Shown: piece by piece, positions 1 to 11,602 of the stretch
Numbering within the stretch: the first letter of the stretch is position 1
How the letters are laid out: every line of letters starts with the position of its first letter
Sequence record: PV874203.1
Length of the DNA stretch: 64,000 nucleotides
Source of the DNA: a phage
Reading direction: 5' to 3' (one strand)
Made by a program: the position numbers and the translations under genes
The notes under the pieces: generated by a model
Databases searched by the model: none
Told to the model about the DNA's origin: nothing
Seen by the model: the letters and a program-made list of their open reading frames with translations, nothing else

Positions 1-1
1 T

Positions 2-3000
2 GCTAACCCATTAGCTGCCGCCGCTATCATTGCAGGTCGTGAGACAGGTCGTGCATATGCAGACCAAACCCCTGAAGAGGGAGAAGATAAGTCTATTCTA
101 GATGCAGCCTTAGTTGGTGGTGCTAACTATGCGGCTCAGAGAATCCTTCCGGGTGCTGTTGGTACAGCTGAGTCCACACTTGGACGTATTGGTCAGAACG
201 TTGCTACTAACGCAGTGGCTGGTGCTAAAGGTGGTGCTCTTGTAGGTGCTGCTGAAGCTCAGAACAAGCATGGAGATGATACAACCTTTGCTAATGTATT
301 AGAGGGTGCTATCGAAGAAGGTGCTATGGGTGCTGCATTCGGTGGTGCAGTTGGTGGTGTTCATGGTTTGATTAGCCGTCCGGATTCTGCTGTCTTCAAG
401 AACACTCCAGAGTATGCGAAGACTGATATTGCTGCTGATGATGAACTGATTCGTAGTGCTAAGAATATTGATGAATTGAAAGAAGCTTACTCTAAAGCTG
501 AAACTGCTAACGCTGCTTCCGCTCTTAATCTTCTAGATGAGAATGGATTCCGTATCACAGATGCTGTTGCTGTAGATTCTCCTGCTGCCCAGCGTATTCT
601 TAATACAGACCAAGCTCGTGCTGAGAAAGCTGCTTCTGTTCAGAAAGAACATTCTAATATTCCTGGCCTCAATCCTTTGGCTTCTCCTGCTAAAGTTCGT
701 GGTAAAGCATTCGCTGATAACGAGCACAACCAGAAGCAAGCTGTTGCTATGAAAGATGCAATGGCTGATTACACAAAGGATAACACTAAAGCTCTTACAG
801 ATGTTCTGGATAATCTTGATCGTGAGTTAGTTTCTCTCCGAGCTTCTGGTGATTTTACTGGTAGTCCGATTGATATTAAGAATCGCACACAAGCTGATCG
901 TGACTTCATTGATGCTTACAAGACTTTCTATAATGAAGCAAACCGATTCAAAGCTCGTGATGGTGAAGACTTTAATAACTTTGTAGAGAAAGCTACTGAA
1001 CTACAGAAGATGGCTGACAATGTTTCTCCAGAGATGAAACAAGCTATTGGTGGGTTGAAGAAACTGAAAGGTATGCCTGAAGGTTTTAATCCTATCCAAG
1101 ACGCCTACACTCTGAACAACACAGCTAAGTTCATGAGCAACCAAGACCGTGGTTGGACTTCCCTTACTGATGATGGCTTCCGTGAGACTTCTTCTCCTAG
1201 TCTGGTTATGAACACCCTTGGTGCTGCTAAGTATGCTCTGAATCGCTTCTCTTCTCAGCGTGCTCGCTCTCAACGTGTTAAGCAACAAGAATCTAACAGT
1301 GAAGCTATCCGCTCTCTGGCTCGTGGTGATTTGGAAGTTGCTCGTGCTAAATCCACTGCTGATGAAGCTCGTGCTAAAATGGAAGAAGAACCAGTTGTTG
1401 ATGACATTAAATTTAAGACGCAAAATGACGTAGAAACCGAACCGGTTCGGGAGCCTTCTTCTAGTACTGTGACGGAAGAAAATCTTCCTTCTTCTGCTCC
1501 TCAAGAAACTCCTCTTACAGCTCGTGATTTAGTTGCGCAAAGACGTGCTATCCGTCAGGCTGAACAGCGTCGCGCTGAAGAAGAGGCAGCAGCTGCTCAA
1601 GAAGCTCCGGTCGAACAAGCTCCACAGGCTGAACCTCTCCCTGCTCGTAATCCTTTAGAGGAACGTCGTGCGATGGAACAGCAACGTGCTCAAGAAGAGG
1701 CCACACAGGCTCCAGAACCCACCGTAGAGGAACCAACAGTTAAAGCTGAGCCATTACCTGCTCGTGCTCCTAAAGCTCCTAAGGAAGCTGTACAGGACGT
1801 TAAACCGGCAAGTGGTGTAGAACGTTTAGCTGCTATGTCTAGTGCTGCTCGTCAGGCTACTAAAGATCGTGCAGAACGTTTTGCTCGTTCTCTGTATTCC
1901 AAGGCTGCTAAGGCTAAAGCTACTGCTGAAAACTTCTTGGCTTACAAGGGTGATCCTAAGGAACTGATGCGTCGCATTCGTCAGGAAGATAATGCTATCA
2001 ACACTGAACGTCATGAAGAAATGGCTCGTAACCAGTTAGCTTCTCAGCAAGGTATTGCTACTGCTAAGAACAACACTGTACGAACTAATTTTGCTGAATG
2101 GGTTAAGGAACGTGGTCTGCCAGAAGATATTGCTACTAAGGCATTACGTGCTGAAGAGAAAGGTTTAGGTGGGAACGTGACTAACTTGGATAGTTTGAAA
2201 CGTCGTGCTGAAAGGTTGTATCAGAAGCAGCGTGAGGCTGAGTTTGATAGACTGTACCAAGAAGCTCTGGAAGAGAACAAAGCTTTCGATAAGAAGGATG
2301 CTCCTAAACTGGTTGACCAGAAGAAAGAGCTTCAGTCTGAGATTGATACTTTGATTGATTCAGAACCTTTACGTCCTGCTCAGAAAGATGCTATGCGCAG
2401 GCTGATGAATGATTATGTAGATGGGAAGTTTAAATCTTCAGAGAAGGCTGGTAGGGAAGAGGCTTTGGAAGTTGGTCAGATGAAGGATATTTGGGATGGG
2501 TTCATTAACACCTATAACAGAGAAGTGAATGCCTTCAACAAAGCTAACAAGAACTCTCAATACGAAGCTGCTGCTAAACACTTGCAGGCTCGTGAAGAAC
2601 GTCTTGCTACTCTGAGAAATAAAGCTCAGGCTCGTTCAGATGCTAAAGCTGCTGTTGAAAATGAACGTAAAACTCTAGAGGCTATTGCAGCTCAGAAGAG
2701 TGAGATTGAGAAGATGATGGAAGGTTTACCTAAACCTGTTCGTGAGGCTCAGGAATCTCGTACATTGAAACAGTTGGCTGCTCACCATGATAAGAACTCT
2801 CCAGTTCCTCCAGAGAAGTTCCGTAGTTACATTGAACGTATCCATAACGCCGAGTCAGATTACCTTGATCGTCAGCGTCGTTTAACTGATGCAGAGGAAG
2901 ATGCTCGTCAGGCTAAGTGGAATAAGATGTATGAGCAAGCGGAAGAGATGGACCGTAAATTTGATATAGACAAAAGAGTTAAACGCAGTGAAGAGCTTAA

Positions 3001-4006
3001 AGCGGCTCAGAAGCGTGAGAATGATCTCATGGCAGTACAACGTCAACGTGACGACATTCATCGTCGCCTGATGCATACTTTGGAAGATAAAGGCATATCT
3101 AAAGAGGATGCTGAAGCATTTGCTGGTTCCTACATGGATAACCGTTATGCACTTCTTGATAAGCCTATGACTCCTACTGAACATCAGAATGCTCGTTCTC
3201 GTATCGAAGCTGATGTTGAGAAGTTTGCTAAGAAGTACGAATCAATGACTCCTATCGAGAAAGAGATTGTTAAGGTTACTGGAGATACTGAAGGTAAGCT
3301 TGATAACTTGGATGCGGATACTAGGAAGGCTATTGAGGAGGCTCAGAAGGTTGACTCTGATATTAAGAAATTGCAAGAGGAAGAGTTGGAGATGGAGAAG
3401 ATTCGTTCTGCTCTGCCTGATGATGAAAAATCTCAAGCAAATTCTGATATCTTGGAAAGTATCAAACAGCAGGAAGAAGTCTTTGCTGATAAAGTAGAGA
3501 AAGCTTTCTTGAGTGGGAAGAGCTTGGATGAGTTAGCTAGTGTGGCTGAAGTTTTAGACAGGGTTCATGGTGCAGATAAGGCTGGTAACAACCGTCGCTT
3601 TGTACGTGCATTGCAGACTGCTGCTGAAAACAAGAAGAAGTATGGTGATAATCCAGTAGCTTGGTTTAGTGCTGATGATTACTCTGCCATTGCTAAACTT
3701 GGCGCTTCTTCCGCAGGTGGTAACAAATCTAGAGCACTGGAGAAGATCTTTGGTTCTACAGCTGAACAGGCTAAGAGTAAGTTGCTTGGTAGGGATGATG
3801 TAGCGAAGATGAGACGTGTGATTGAAGAGAACCCTGATATTAAGATTCCTTCTTACAAGACAACGAATCGTACTGAGTACTTGCAGTTCTTGGAGAAGTT
3901 TAATGACGAAGGGAAGCCGAAGATTAAACGTGGCTCATTGTCAGAGAAGCTTGAACGCAGTAAGCGTCAATCGAGACTCCGTGTAAGAGTTCGACCTAAG
4001 GAGTGA
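2..4006 (+). CDS. Large virion-associated protein, 5'-partial (frame open from window start); Gly/Ala-rich N-terminal region then long charged helical region; putative internal virion/ejection protein or tape-measure-like protein
   Basis: Frame open from position 2 with no stop before 4006; first start codon in track at 215. N-terminus is GA-rich (GAKGGALVGAAEA, GAMGAAFGGAVGG), remainder is K/E/R/A-rich. Function inferred only from size, composition and position at the end of the late block. Confidence 0.6.
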   Translation, partial: ANPLAAAAIIAGRETGRAYADQTPEEGEDKSILDAALVGGANYAAQRILPGAVGTAESTLGRIGQNVATNAVAGAKGGALVGAAEAQNKHGDDTTFANVLEGAIEEGAMGAAFGGAVGGVHGLISRPDSAVFKNTPEYAKTDIAADDELIRSAKNIDELKEAYSKAETANAASALNLLDENGFRITDAVAVDSPAAQRILNTDQARAEKAASVQKEHSNIPGLNPLASPAKVRGKAFADNEHNQKQAVAMKDAMADYTKDNTKALTDVLDNLDRELVSLRASGDFTGSPIDIKNRTQADRDFIDAYKTFYNEANRFKARDGEDFNNFVEKATELQKMADNVSPEMKQAIGGLKKLKGMPEGFNPIQDAYTLNNTAKFMSNQDRGWTSLTDDGFRETSSPSLVMNTLGAAKYALNRFSSQRARSQRVKQQESNSEAIRSLARGDLEVARAKSTADEARAKMEEEPVVDDIKFKTQNDVETEPVREPSSSTVTEENLPSSAPQETPLTARDLVAQRRAIRQAEQRRAEEEAAAAQEAPVEQAPQAEPLPARNPLEERRAMEQQRAQEEATQAPEPTVEEPTVKAEPLPARAPKAPKEAVQDVKPASGVERLAAMSSAARQATKDRAERFARSLYSKAAKAKATAENFLAYKGDPKELMRRIRQEDNAINTERHEEMARNQLASQQGIATAKNNTVRTNFAEWVKERGLPEDIATKALRAEEKGLGGNVTNLDSLKRRAERLYQKQREAEFDRLYQEALEENKAFDKKDAPKLVDQKKELQSEIDTLIDSEPLRPAQKDAMRRLMNDYVDGKFKSSEKAGREEALEVGQMKDIWDGFINTYNREVNAFNKANKNSQYEAAAKHLQAREERLATLRNKAQARSDAKAAVENERKTLEAIAAQKSEIEKMMEGLPKPVREAQESRTLKQLAAHHDKNSPVPPEKFRSYIERIHNAESDYLDRQRRLTDAEEDARQAKWNKMYEQAEEMDRKFDIDKRVKRSEELKAAQKRENDLMAVQRQRDDIHRRLMHTLEDKGISKEDAEAFAGSYMDNRYALLDKPMTPTEHQNARSRIEADVEKFAKKYESMTPIEKEIVKVTGDTEGKLDNLDADTRKAIEEAQKVDSDIKKLQEEELEMEKIRSALPDDEKSQANSDILESIKQQEEVFADKVEKAFLSGKSLDELASVAEVLDRVHGADKAGNNRRFVRALQTAAENKKKYGDNPVAWFSADDYSAIAKLGASSAGGNKSRALEKIFGSTAEQAKSKLLGRDDVAKMRRVIEENPDIKIPSYKTTNRTEYLQFLEKFNDEGKPKIKRGSLSEKLERSKRQSRLRVRVRPKE

Positions 4007-4010
4007 TAAA

Positions 4011-4048
4011 AGAAAAGCCCTCAACCGAAAGGAAGAGGGCTTTATTAT
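4011..4048. terminator. Bidirectional rho-independent terminator at the convergence of plus and minus gene blocks
   Basis: Hairpin GCCCTC-12 nt loop-GAGGGC followed by TTTATTATTT on plus strand, and preceded by an A-rich run that gives a T-run on the minus strand. Confidence 0.6.
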
Positions 4049-4050
4049 TT

Positions 4051-4308
4051 CTAGATTAAATCGTAATACTGAATAATGTCAGAGAGTTTGAACTCTCGAA
4101 TCTCATCTTTCTCTACATCAATTGCTGTCATAATCCAACAAGGTTTGCCACCGTTATGAAAACGGGAGCTAGCAACGGAGGTTCGGAGTGGAATAACGGA
4201 CCGGTCAGCAACCTCGCCTCTCCAATTGCGATAGCGAAAGCGAAGCACTTGTTGCGTAGATTTTTGATCATCACTCATTTCCTTTTTTGAATTGTTTTCT
4301 TGCATCAT
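4051..4308 (-). CDS. Hypothetical protein
   Basis: 85-aa ORF in the minus-strand block, tightly packed against neighbours. Confidence 0.45.
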   Translation of the reverse strand: MMQENNSKKEMSDDQKSTQQVLRFRYRNWRGEVADRSVIPLRTSVASSRFHNGGKPCWIMTAIDVEKDEIREFKLSDIIQYYDLI

Positions 4309-4817
4309 TGGTATTCCCTAGCCATCAGATCTTCCTTAGCTTTAAGGTAGGCGTTATGTGCTTCTATTGGTGTGTTGAAACTACCTATATGTTTCCTTTT
4401 ACCTCTGAAGGTAATAGCGGCTACATAAGGATTACTCTTACTGGTCTTGTTGATAGTAACACCTTTCAATCCTGTTGAGAGGTTATCAACTCTAGGATTA
4501 CTCTTATTTAAATTCTGAAGAGATCCTTCTGCTATTCTAAGATTTTGAATAGTGTTGTTTGTCTTATTCTCATCGATATGATCCAGGCTATCTGGATATG
4601 TTCCATAAATGAGGAACCACGCCAGCCTATGAGCGAGCCAAGGCTTCCCATCAAATTGTATCCTCACATATCCATCATTACCTAGTGTCCCAGCCAAAGA
4701 ACCTTTTGAGGCTTTTCCTCCTCTTCTCACTTTCCAAAAGAAGTGACCTGTGTCTGCATTATAGTCTAACACTTCATGGAGATTGGCTAGTCTTTTTAAA
4801 CTGTTTTCGATCTTCAT
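4305..4817 (-). CDS. HNH homing endonuclease with AP2-like DNA-binding region
   Basis: Track ORF 4305..4928 trimmed to an internal ATG (MKIENS...) preceded by AAGGAA. Contains HRLAWFLIYG and DHID-N motifs typical of HNH_3 phage endonucleases. Confidence 0.7.
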   Translation of the reverse strand: MKIENSLKRLANLHEVLDYNADTGHFFWKVRRGGKASKGSLAGTLGNDGYVRIQFDGKPWLAHRLAWFLIYGTYPDSLDHIDENKTNNTIQNLRIAEGSLQNLNKSNPRVDNLSTGLKGVTINKTSKSNPYVAAITFRGKRKHIGSFNTPIEAHNAYLKAKEDLMAREYQ

Positions 4818-5181
4818 TTTCCTTCTTTGTTTTAATCTTATGACAAGGGTCTTTACACAGAACCTGAAAACCTTCTTTCTCACACAGAGCACGAGAGATG
4901 ATTTCATCCCAAGTTGCTTCATGGTCAAGAGGAACTATAGGTTCTATGTGGTCAATAGCCATATCCTTTACAGGGTGGTCAGAACCACACATGGCACACT
5001 TAAAGTGCATTGCCAGTCTGCCTGTCTTTGGATTAATCTTCTGCTCTGTCTTGGCGTCTGCTAGTGCATCGAACATGGGCTTCCACTTTCTAGTCAGAGA
5101 ACGAATCCCTGACTTGATAAAAGAGTTGTAACGAGCTTCAGTCCACATTCCAGAGCATCTAGTCTTCTCAGCCTTCGCCAT
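4774..5181 (-). CDS. HNH endonuclease family protein
   Basis: Motif CAMCG...DHIEPI...LCK-PCH matches the Cys/His HNH nuclease core. Confidence 0.6.
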   Translation of the reverse strand: MAKAEKTRCSGMWTEARYNSFIKSGIRSLTRKWKPMFDALADAKTEQKINPKTGRLAMHFKCAMCGSDHPVKDMAIDHIEPIVPLDHEATWDEIISRALCEKEGFQVLCKDPCHKIKTKKENEDRKQFKKTSQSP

Positions 5182-5359
5182 AACCTACACTCATATCATC
5201 TTCTTCCCATACACGTTTATCCACTCGGTGTGATACTTTTTCACGTTTTTCTTTAATATAGCGGTTGCCTAATTCGTGGCTATATTTAATACGCTGCTCT
5301 TTACGAGATTCACGGTTGGAGGAGTTTTCATCATATGAACGATAATCAAATTTACCCAT
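5168..5359 (-). CDS. Hypothetical small basic protein
   Basis: 63-aa ORF between two HNH genes. Confidence 0.3.
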   Translation of the reverse strand: MGKFDYRSYDENSSNRESRKEQRIKYSHELGNRYIKEKREKVSHRVDKRVWEEDDMSVGYGEG

Positions 5360-5382
5360 TATAATATCCTTATTACCAAGAT

Positions 5383-5892
5383 TTATTTGTGACGATGAAA
5401 GCCTAAGTGTAGGTCTTCTCTCTTTATTCTTAGGGCTTCTTCAGCCTCTTCTTTAGTTGCATAATACCCTAGATGGATAGATTTCCCAGACACTCCAATA
5501 ATAGCTCTCCACTTATTAGCTCTTTTATGGAAAGAGACTCCCTTGATTCCGGAAGTACAGTTTATAGAGATCTTTCTGTTCCACTGATTCTGACTTAAAG
5601 TGGCTTCTCTTAGATTACACCACTTGTTATTAGAAGGGTCCCCATCTATGTGATCTACACAATCGGGAATGTAACCTTCCATATAAAGGAATGCAAGTCT
5701 ATGAGATTGGTACAATATTCGATTTACCTTGATGCAGTGGTATTTATGTTTTCCATAAAAACATCCAGCCACATCTCCAACATTCTTCCTACCTTTCTTA
5801 ACTGTCCAAGTAAACTGACCAGTATTCGGGTCATACTTGAGAAGTCTTTTTAACTCTTCTCTATCCAAGATTACCATTCCTTGTTTAACCAT
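5383..5892 (-). CDS. HNH homing endonuclease (HNH_3 plus AP2-like domain)
   Basis: HRLAFLYMEGYIPDCVDHIDGDPSNNKWCNLR motif, then GVSF/KW-A AP2-like segment. Confidence 0.8.
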   Translation of the reverse strand: MVKQGMVILDREELKRLLKYDPNTGQFTWTVKKGRKNVGDVAGCFYGKHKYHCIKVNRILYQSHRLAFLYMEGYIPDCVDHIDGDPSNNKWCNLREATLSQNQWNRKISINCTSGIKGVSFHKRANKWRAIIGVSGKSIHLGYYATKEEAEEALRIKREDLHLGFHRHK

Positions 5893-6675
5893 GTCCAGTC
5901 GAACAGGTCTTCCGGAGTCTGACCAACAAAGAGCAGCCGAGCATTCTCAAGCATTTTCTCTTCATCTTCAGTATCGAACTTCTTATAATATTCCATTCGT
6001 ACTATATGATACATGGTCCACTTATCTGTAACACCAGCCAACAGTTTAGCTGCTGCTTTCTTCCCTACTCCTTGACGTCGAAGCTGGAGCTTACCACCCC
6101 ACATAACTTCTTTACGTTCTCCACATCCGGGGATATTATCTGTACCATCTCCAATCAACATCTGATAGAAGAAGTTTTGCCATGAAACTAAATCAGATAC
6201 GTAGTGAGGAGGAACCTCTTTTTGTCTTTCTCCACAAGCCCAACGGTAATGCCATCCGGGAGTTATTAACAAATCCTTGTCTCTTGTACAGATAATAGTG
6301 TTCTTATCCCTACGTTGCCTTTCAGCTAATGCATCATCAGCCTCTCTCCCAAATACATCAATGTATTCATACTTACTCTTAATGTAATCACCGACATTTT
6401 GCCAATGAAAAGGTCTTTCTCCGGGAGGTCTGTTTGCTTTGTAGTCTTGCTGCTTAGCAACATCAAAACGGAAATTACCACCTTCGCTGAAGTAGAATAC
6501 AACCTTACTACAACCCGAGCGAGCTATGATTGTATCAATCTTGTACTGAAGTCGTTCAATCATGAAATTGTAATCAACTGGAACACGTCCTGTGTCAAGG
6601 AAGGGATGCTCTTGAGTAAGAGCACCTACTTCATATCGAAGAACGTCAGCGTCCACTATAGCAACTTCAGGGAGC

Positions 6676-8212
<1,537 letters not shown>

Positions 8213-8460
8213 AATGCATCTCTTTATAAACAGTTTCCGTGTTCTTCTTCCAGTTAGATAAACTGGTAAGAACTCTCTGAGCAACTTCATCAGCTGCTCT
8301 ATTTCTTTCAATCTCTAACTCTTGTTGATGCTTTTCTTTATCCAGATTGTTACTGTCTGTTCTGTACTCATTAAACTTCATACCACCAAAGAATACAAGA
8401 GCTGAGAAAACGATAAACCCTAAGTTATCACTTAACGTGTTTTGCATGTTGTCTCCAACG

Positions 8461-8484
8461 AAAAAAAAGCCACCCGAAGGTGGC
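8461..8484 (-). terminator. Rho-independent terminator
   Basis: Perfect hairpin GCCACC-CGAA-GGTGGC followed by an 8-T run on the minus strand, downstream of the SSB-like gene. Confidence 0.6.
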
Positions 8485-8506
8485 TAAGCTATAACAAGGA
8501 GAGTTA

Positions 8507-9253
8507 TTAGAATGGGCTATCGTTGTCGTCTTCGTAAGTAGAAGCAGGCTCTTTATCAATCGTAGGGATTGAAGGAGTAGCTTCTTTCTGTTCTGTTTCA
8601 GAAGCACGAGTAATTTCACGACCAGCCAGAGGCATGTTCTTAGCATCATTAGCTTGAGTAAGCAGGTTGCGCTGGAACGGGAACATCAATTGATAGGATG
8701 CTACGTTCTCATCGGTTTCAGCATATGGTTCGAAGAATACCAGAGGACTACGAGCTTCACCAACTGCTGCACGATATTTGGTTGGGATTGGAGAAATGGT
8801 TTTGATGGAGTTTTTAACTTCACCGGCTTTGTTAGTGTAAGAGTTAACCAGAATGTTAACAGGCTGGCCTAACAGAACATCCTTGAACCAAGACAGATCA
8901 CCTTTCAGTGCTTGAATACTTGGGTCAATCATCTTGCAGAGATCAAGAATACCAGAGTTCTTAGCTCGTGGGTTTACATCATAGCTCTTGAACTGGCAAG
9001 CCGGACGTGGTTCTAATGCCTTACCATCGGAATCTTTACCAGTAGCATCAACACCAATCAGCTCGAAAGCCAAATCCATACGGAAAGCTGGATTCTTAGG
9101 AGTTACTGCTTTGGTCTTCGGGTCAATCCAAGGGTCTCGATTGTGAACACCCAAACCTACTACACGAACGATGCGTGCTTCGTACTCACCATCAGGGATG
9201 ATGTCGTAGTTGGATTTACGGGAAGAAGTTGCGATAGTTGGAATCATAGACAT
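8507..9253 (-). CDS. Putative ssDNA-binding protein (T7 gp2.5-like)
   Basis: Acidic C-terminal tail ending in Phe (YEDDNDSPF), as in SSB tails; sits in the replication neighbourhood. Fold not verified. Confidence 0.45.
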   Translation of the reverse strand: MSMIPTIATSSRKSNYDIIPDGEYEARIVRVVGLGVHNRDPWIDPKTKAVTPKNPAFRMDLAFELIGVDATGKDSDGKALEPRPACQFKSYDVNPRAKNSGILDLCKMIDPSIQALKGDLSWFKDVLLGQPVNILVNSYTNKAGEVKNSIKTISPIPTKYRAAVGEARSPLVFFEPYAETDENVASYQLMFPFQRNLLTQANDAKNMPLAGREITRASETEQKEATPSIPTIDKEPASTYEDDNDSPF

Positions 9254-9313
9254 ATTTTAATTTCCTTATTTAATTTTGAAAGATTGTTGCTCTCTTTGAG
9301 CGGTTATGTATAA

Positions 9314-9322
9314 TATACATTA
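9314..9322 (-). promoter_or_regulatory. TAATGTATA motif (putative phage promoter element) upstream of the SSB-like gene
   Basis: Minus-strand TTATAATGTATATTA about 60 nt upstream of the start at 9253; same 9-mer recurs in gene orientation at 16338-16346 and 60218-60226. Confidence 0.35.
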
Positions 9323-9687
9323 TAACTTTTGTAAGATAAGTATCATTTTATTGGTAGTAGATACTCACTAATGGTAATGTATATAAGGTAGAGTTAGAGA
9401 ATAACTCTTGCACGGGACTGACGACGATAAGGCGCAGACGACAATCTCTCATAAGTTTGTAAGAAATTGAGAGACTACCGGAAGGGCAGGAGCCACCTGC
9501 GAGATAAAAATAGAGAATTAAGGAATCCTTGATTTAGGTTGTAGGGACTCCTAGGGACTTTGATTCTCTATTTAAAAGAATATTAATTACTTACTACCTA
9601 AATAATTAACTAGCTTACTTAAACCAAATTCAAGAATAATAGATAAAAAGATTATTCCTAAGAAAGCTAAGAAGTAAAGGATATAAG

Positions 9688-9852
9688 TTACCATTCAAGT
9701 AAACCTTTAAAATTAGATTTTTCTACTATTCTCTGATAATGAAGATTAGAATCAGCTTGTTTCTTTAACATCTCATTATACCTATCTCTGATAGAGTCTT
9801 TATAAACTACAGGTTCTTTAAATAATGAGATCTTGTTCTTTTCTTCTTTCAT
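9688..9852 (-). CDS. Hypothetical small protein
   Basis: Track ORF 9688..9936 trimmed to an internal Met to avoid overlap with the phosphoesterase gene. Confidence 0.3.
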   Translation of the reverse strand: MKEEKNKISLFKEPVVYKDSIRDRYNEMLKKQADSNLHYQRIVEKSNFKGLLEW

Positions 9853-10321
9853 CGAAAACCTTCCTAATCTCTTGCAGAGAAACAGCTTTATAATTAATTT
9901 GCTCCATTGATGTACAGAAATATCTCCAATCATCAATTACATGGTTATGAGTATGAGCATAAATATTAAACTTCCCTCTCATCTCATCAGAGTGAATAGG
10001 AATATGAGTTACCCAAAACTCTTTATATTTAAAGTCACCAGAGATTCTACGGAAGACTTTCATCATATCAGGGAGAAGTTCTAATCTGTCATGATTTCCT
10101 AAGACCAGATGCTTCTCTCCTCTAACTTCAGCGATGATATCAAGGGCATACTTTTCAAACACCCAATCACCTGTAAAGAAAACTTTATCACGTTTGGTTA
10201 CGTGGTCAAAAGCAGCCAGAATTGCTTTGTCATGCTCTTCAATGTTTTTAAATTGCTTACGAAAACTACAGATGTTGCGATGGCCTAAGTGACCATCTCC
10301 TGCAAAATAAACTTCAGCCAT
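9818..10321 (-). CDS. Calcineurin-like metallophosphoesterase (Ser/Thr phosphatase-like)
   Basis: Motifs GDGHLGH, GDWVFE, LGNHD and HTH-H match the metallophosphatase signature. Confidence 0.7.
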   Translation of the reverse strand: MAEVYFAGDGHLGHRNICSFRKQFKNIEEHDKAILAAFDHVTKRDKVFFTGDWVFEKYALDIIAEVRGEKHLVLGNHDRLELLPDMMKVFRRISGDFKYKEFWVTHIPIHSDEMRGKFNIYAHTHNHVIDDWRYFCTSMEQINYKAVSLQEIRKVFDERRKEQDLII

Positions 10322-10330
10322 AAAGACCTC

Positions 10331-10546
10331 TTAAATCAAGCATCCATCACAGGTTAAGTCACCTAATAGGGACAGGGAGAGTAATCTGGATTGTTCATCG
10401 CTGTACAGTTGATCAATCTCTTCTTTGAGTTTTGCCAATTCCATAAAATTAATAAGCTGTCCATGTTCTAGACAGTCTGTTTTCAATATGAATAAAACAT
10501 CAGCGTCTTTTGAATCTTCACTTGAGTATTTATCAATGTATTCCAT
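10331..10546 (-). CDS. Hypothetical protein
   Basis: 71-aa acidic ORF. Confidence 0.4.
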   Translation of the reverse strand: MEYIDKYSSEDSKDADVLFILKTDCLEHGQLINFMELAKLKEEIDQLYSDEQSRLLSLSLLGDLTCDGCLI

Positions 10547-10548
10547 TT

Positions 10549-10770
10549 TTATGCCACATCTCCTTGTTTATTGTTAATAACATCCAGTGCTGTATATGCT
10601 TTACCTGTTCCTAAGTATTCTAGAACTGGAGGACTTTTCTTCTCCTCAGCGACTACATAAGGTGTGATCTTTCCTTTCAGTACAGCCTGAGATGCTTTAG
10701 CGCTGTCTTCAGATGTGTGAACAGTAGTAAACCCTTTCTTTCCAATTCTATAAGTGTGAATCCAAATCAT
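10549..10770 (-). CDS. Hypothetical protein
   Basis: 73-aa ORF. Confidence 0.4.
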   Translation of the reverse strand: MIWIHTYRIGKKGFTTVHTSEDSAKASQAVLKGKITPYVVAEEKKSPPVLEYLGTGKAYTALDVINNKQGDVA

Positions 10771-10782
10771 TTAATTTCCTTA

Positions 10783-11193
10783 TTAACGTATAACCAGAGG
10801 CTCTTCAGAGTACACAGGAGCGGCTATTTCTACAGGAGGTGCTGCCCTAAGGTCATTAAGTCTTACACCCTTCAGCATACCATCTAGGTGGTCCTTTTTG
10901 GGGATTCCAACAGGGAAATCGTCAATCCAGATATCTACAAAGAAACCTAACTGTCGACAAACCTCATCCTTCTGCACACCATTACAAAAGATGATAGGAA
11001 TTTGCAAACACTCTGCATCAATCTTAATGTCGTGATTATCATATCCATTAGGCTCTGCAAAGCGATAAGTTACAAAACGTACATCATAACCTTTAGCTTG
11101 CATTAATGTCACCACAGACCGCCACAGCTCCTTATCTGAGGTGTAAGTATCATCATAATCTAAACCGATATTCATGTCAAGTCCTTTAGACAA
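10783..11193 (-). CDS. Hypothetical protein, possible HAD-like phosphatase/nucleotidase
   Basis: N-terminal IGLDYDDT resembles HAD motif I (DxDxT); other motifs not confirmed. Confidence 0.4.
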   Translation of the reverse strand: MSKGLDMNIGLDYDDTYTSDKELWRSVVTLMQAKGYDVRFVTYRFAEPNGYDNHDIKIDAECLQIPIIFCNGVQKDEVCRQLGFFVDIWIDDFPVGIPKKDHLDGMLKGVRLNDLRAAPPVEIAAPVYSEEPLVIR

Positions 11194-11221
11194 GAAAAGC
11201 CGCCCTAAGGCAGCTTCTTAT

Positions 11222-11398
11222 TTAACTATTCACTTTAGCTTCAAGTGCTTCATTTTCGATACTCAAGTCAATCACTACGCCAGTAAGCTCAACGACTGCT
11301 TGGCGAAGGGCATCTTTACCCATAGAGTGTACTTGAGATAAGAAGAAAGCTTTACCTTCTTCAGTGGATAGGGTTTCTTTTAATTCAGAAGCAGTCAT
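11222..11398 (-). CDS. Hypothetical small protein (58 aa)
   Basis: Sub-threshold ORF (MTASELKETLSTEEGKAFF...) found by hand translation in an otherwise unexplained gap. Confidence 0.3.
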   Translation of the reverse strand: MTASELKETLSTEEGKAFFLSQVHSMGKDALRQAVVELTGVVIDLSIENEALEAKVNS

Positions 11399-11407
11399 TG
11401 ATATTCC

Positions 11408-11602
11408 TTATGTTATGTTATAAATTCGCATGATTGTACCACTATTGGCTTCAATAGCAGCAACCATTTGGTTTCGTTCTTCATCCGTGTAAACTAACAC
11501 ACTTCTAAACTCACCTGTTGCATCAGTATAAAGGATGTTGTATTTCGGAGGTGGCTTACGGTAGATACCTTCCATCATTCTTTCTCCTCTCGTTCTTTCC
11601 AC
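11408..11602 (-). CDS. Hypothetical protein
   Basis: 64-aa ORF. Confidence 0.4.
   Translation of the reverse strand: MERTRGERMMEGIYRKPPPKYNILYTDATGEFRSVLVYTDEERNQMVAAIEANSGTIMRIYNIT

Noticed and set aside
2-4006. Calling the large first ORF a T5-type tape measure protein and the phage T5-like
   Set aside because: Polymerase, primase-helicase, exonuclease, terminase P-loop and fibre-repeat motifs all look T7-like, and the structural order fits a podophage better. The large protein may equally be an internal virion/ejection protein, so the product is left generic.
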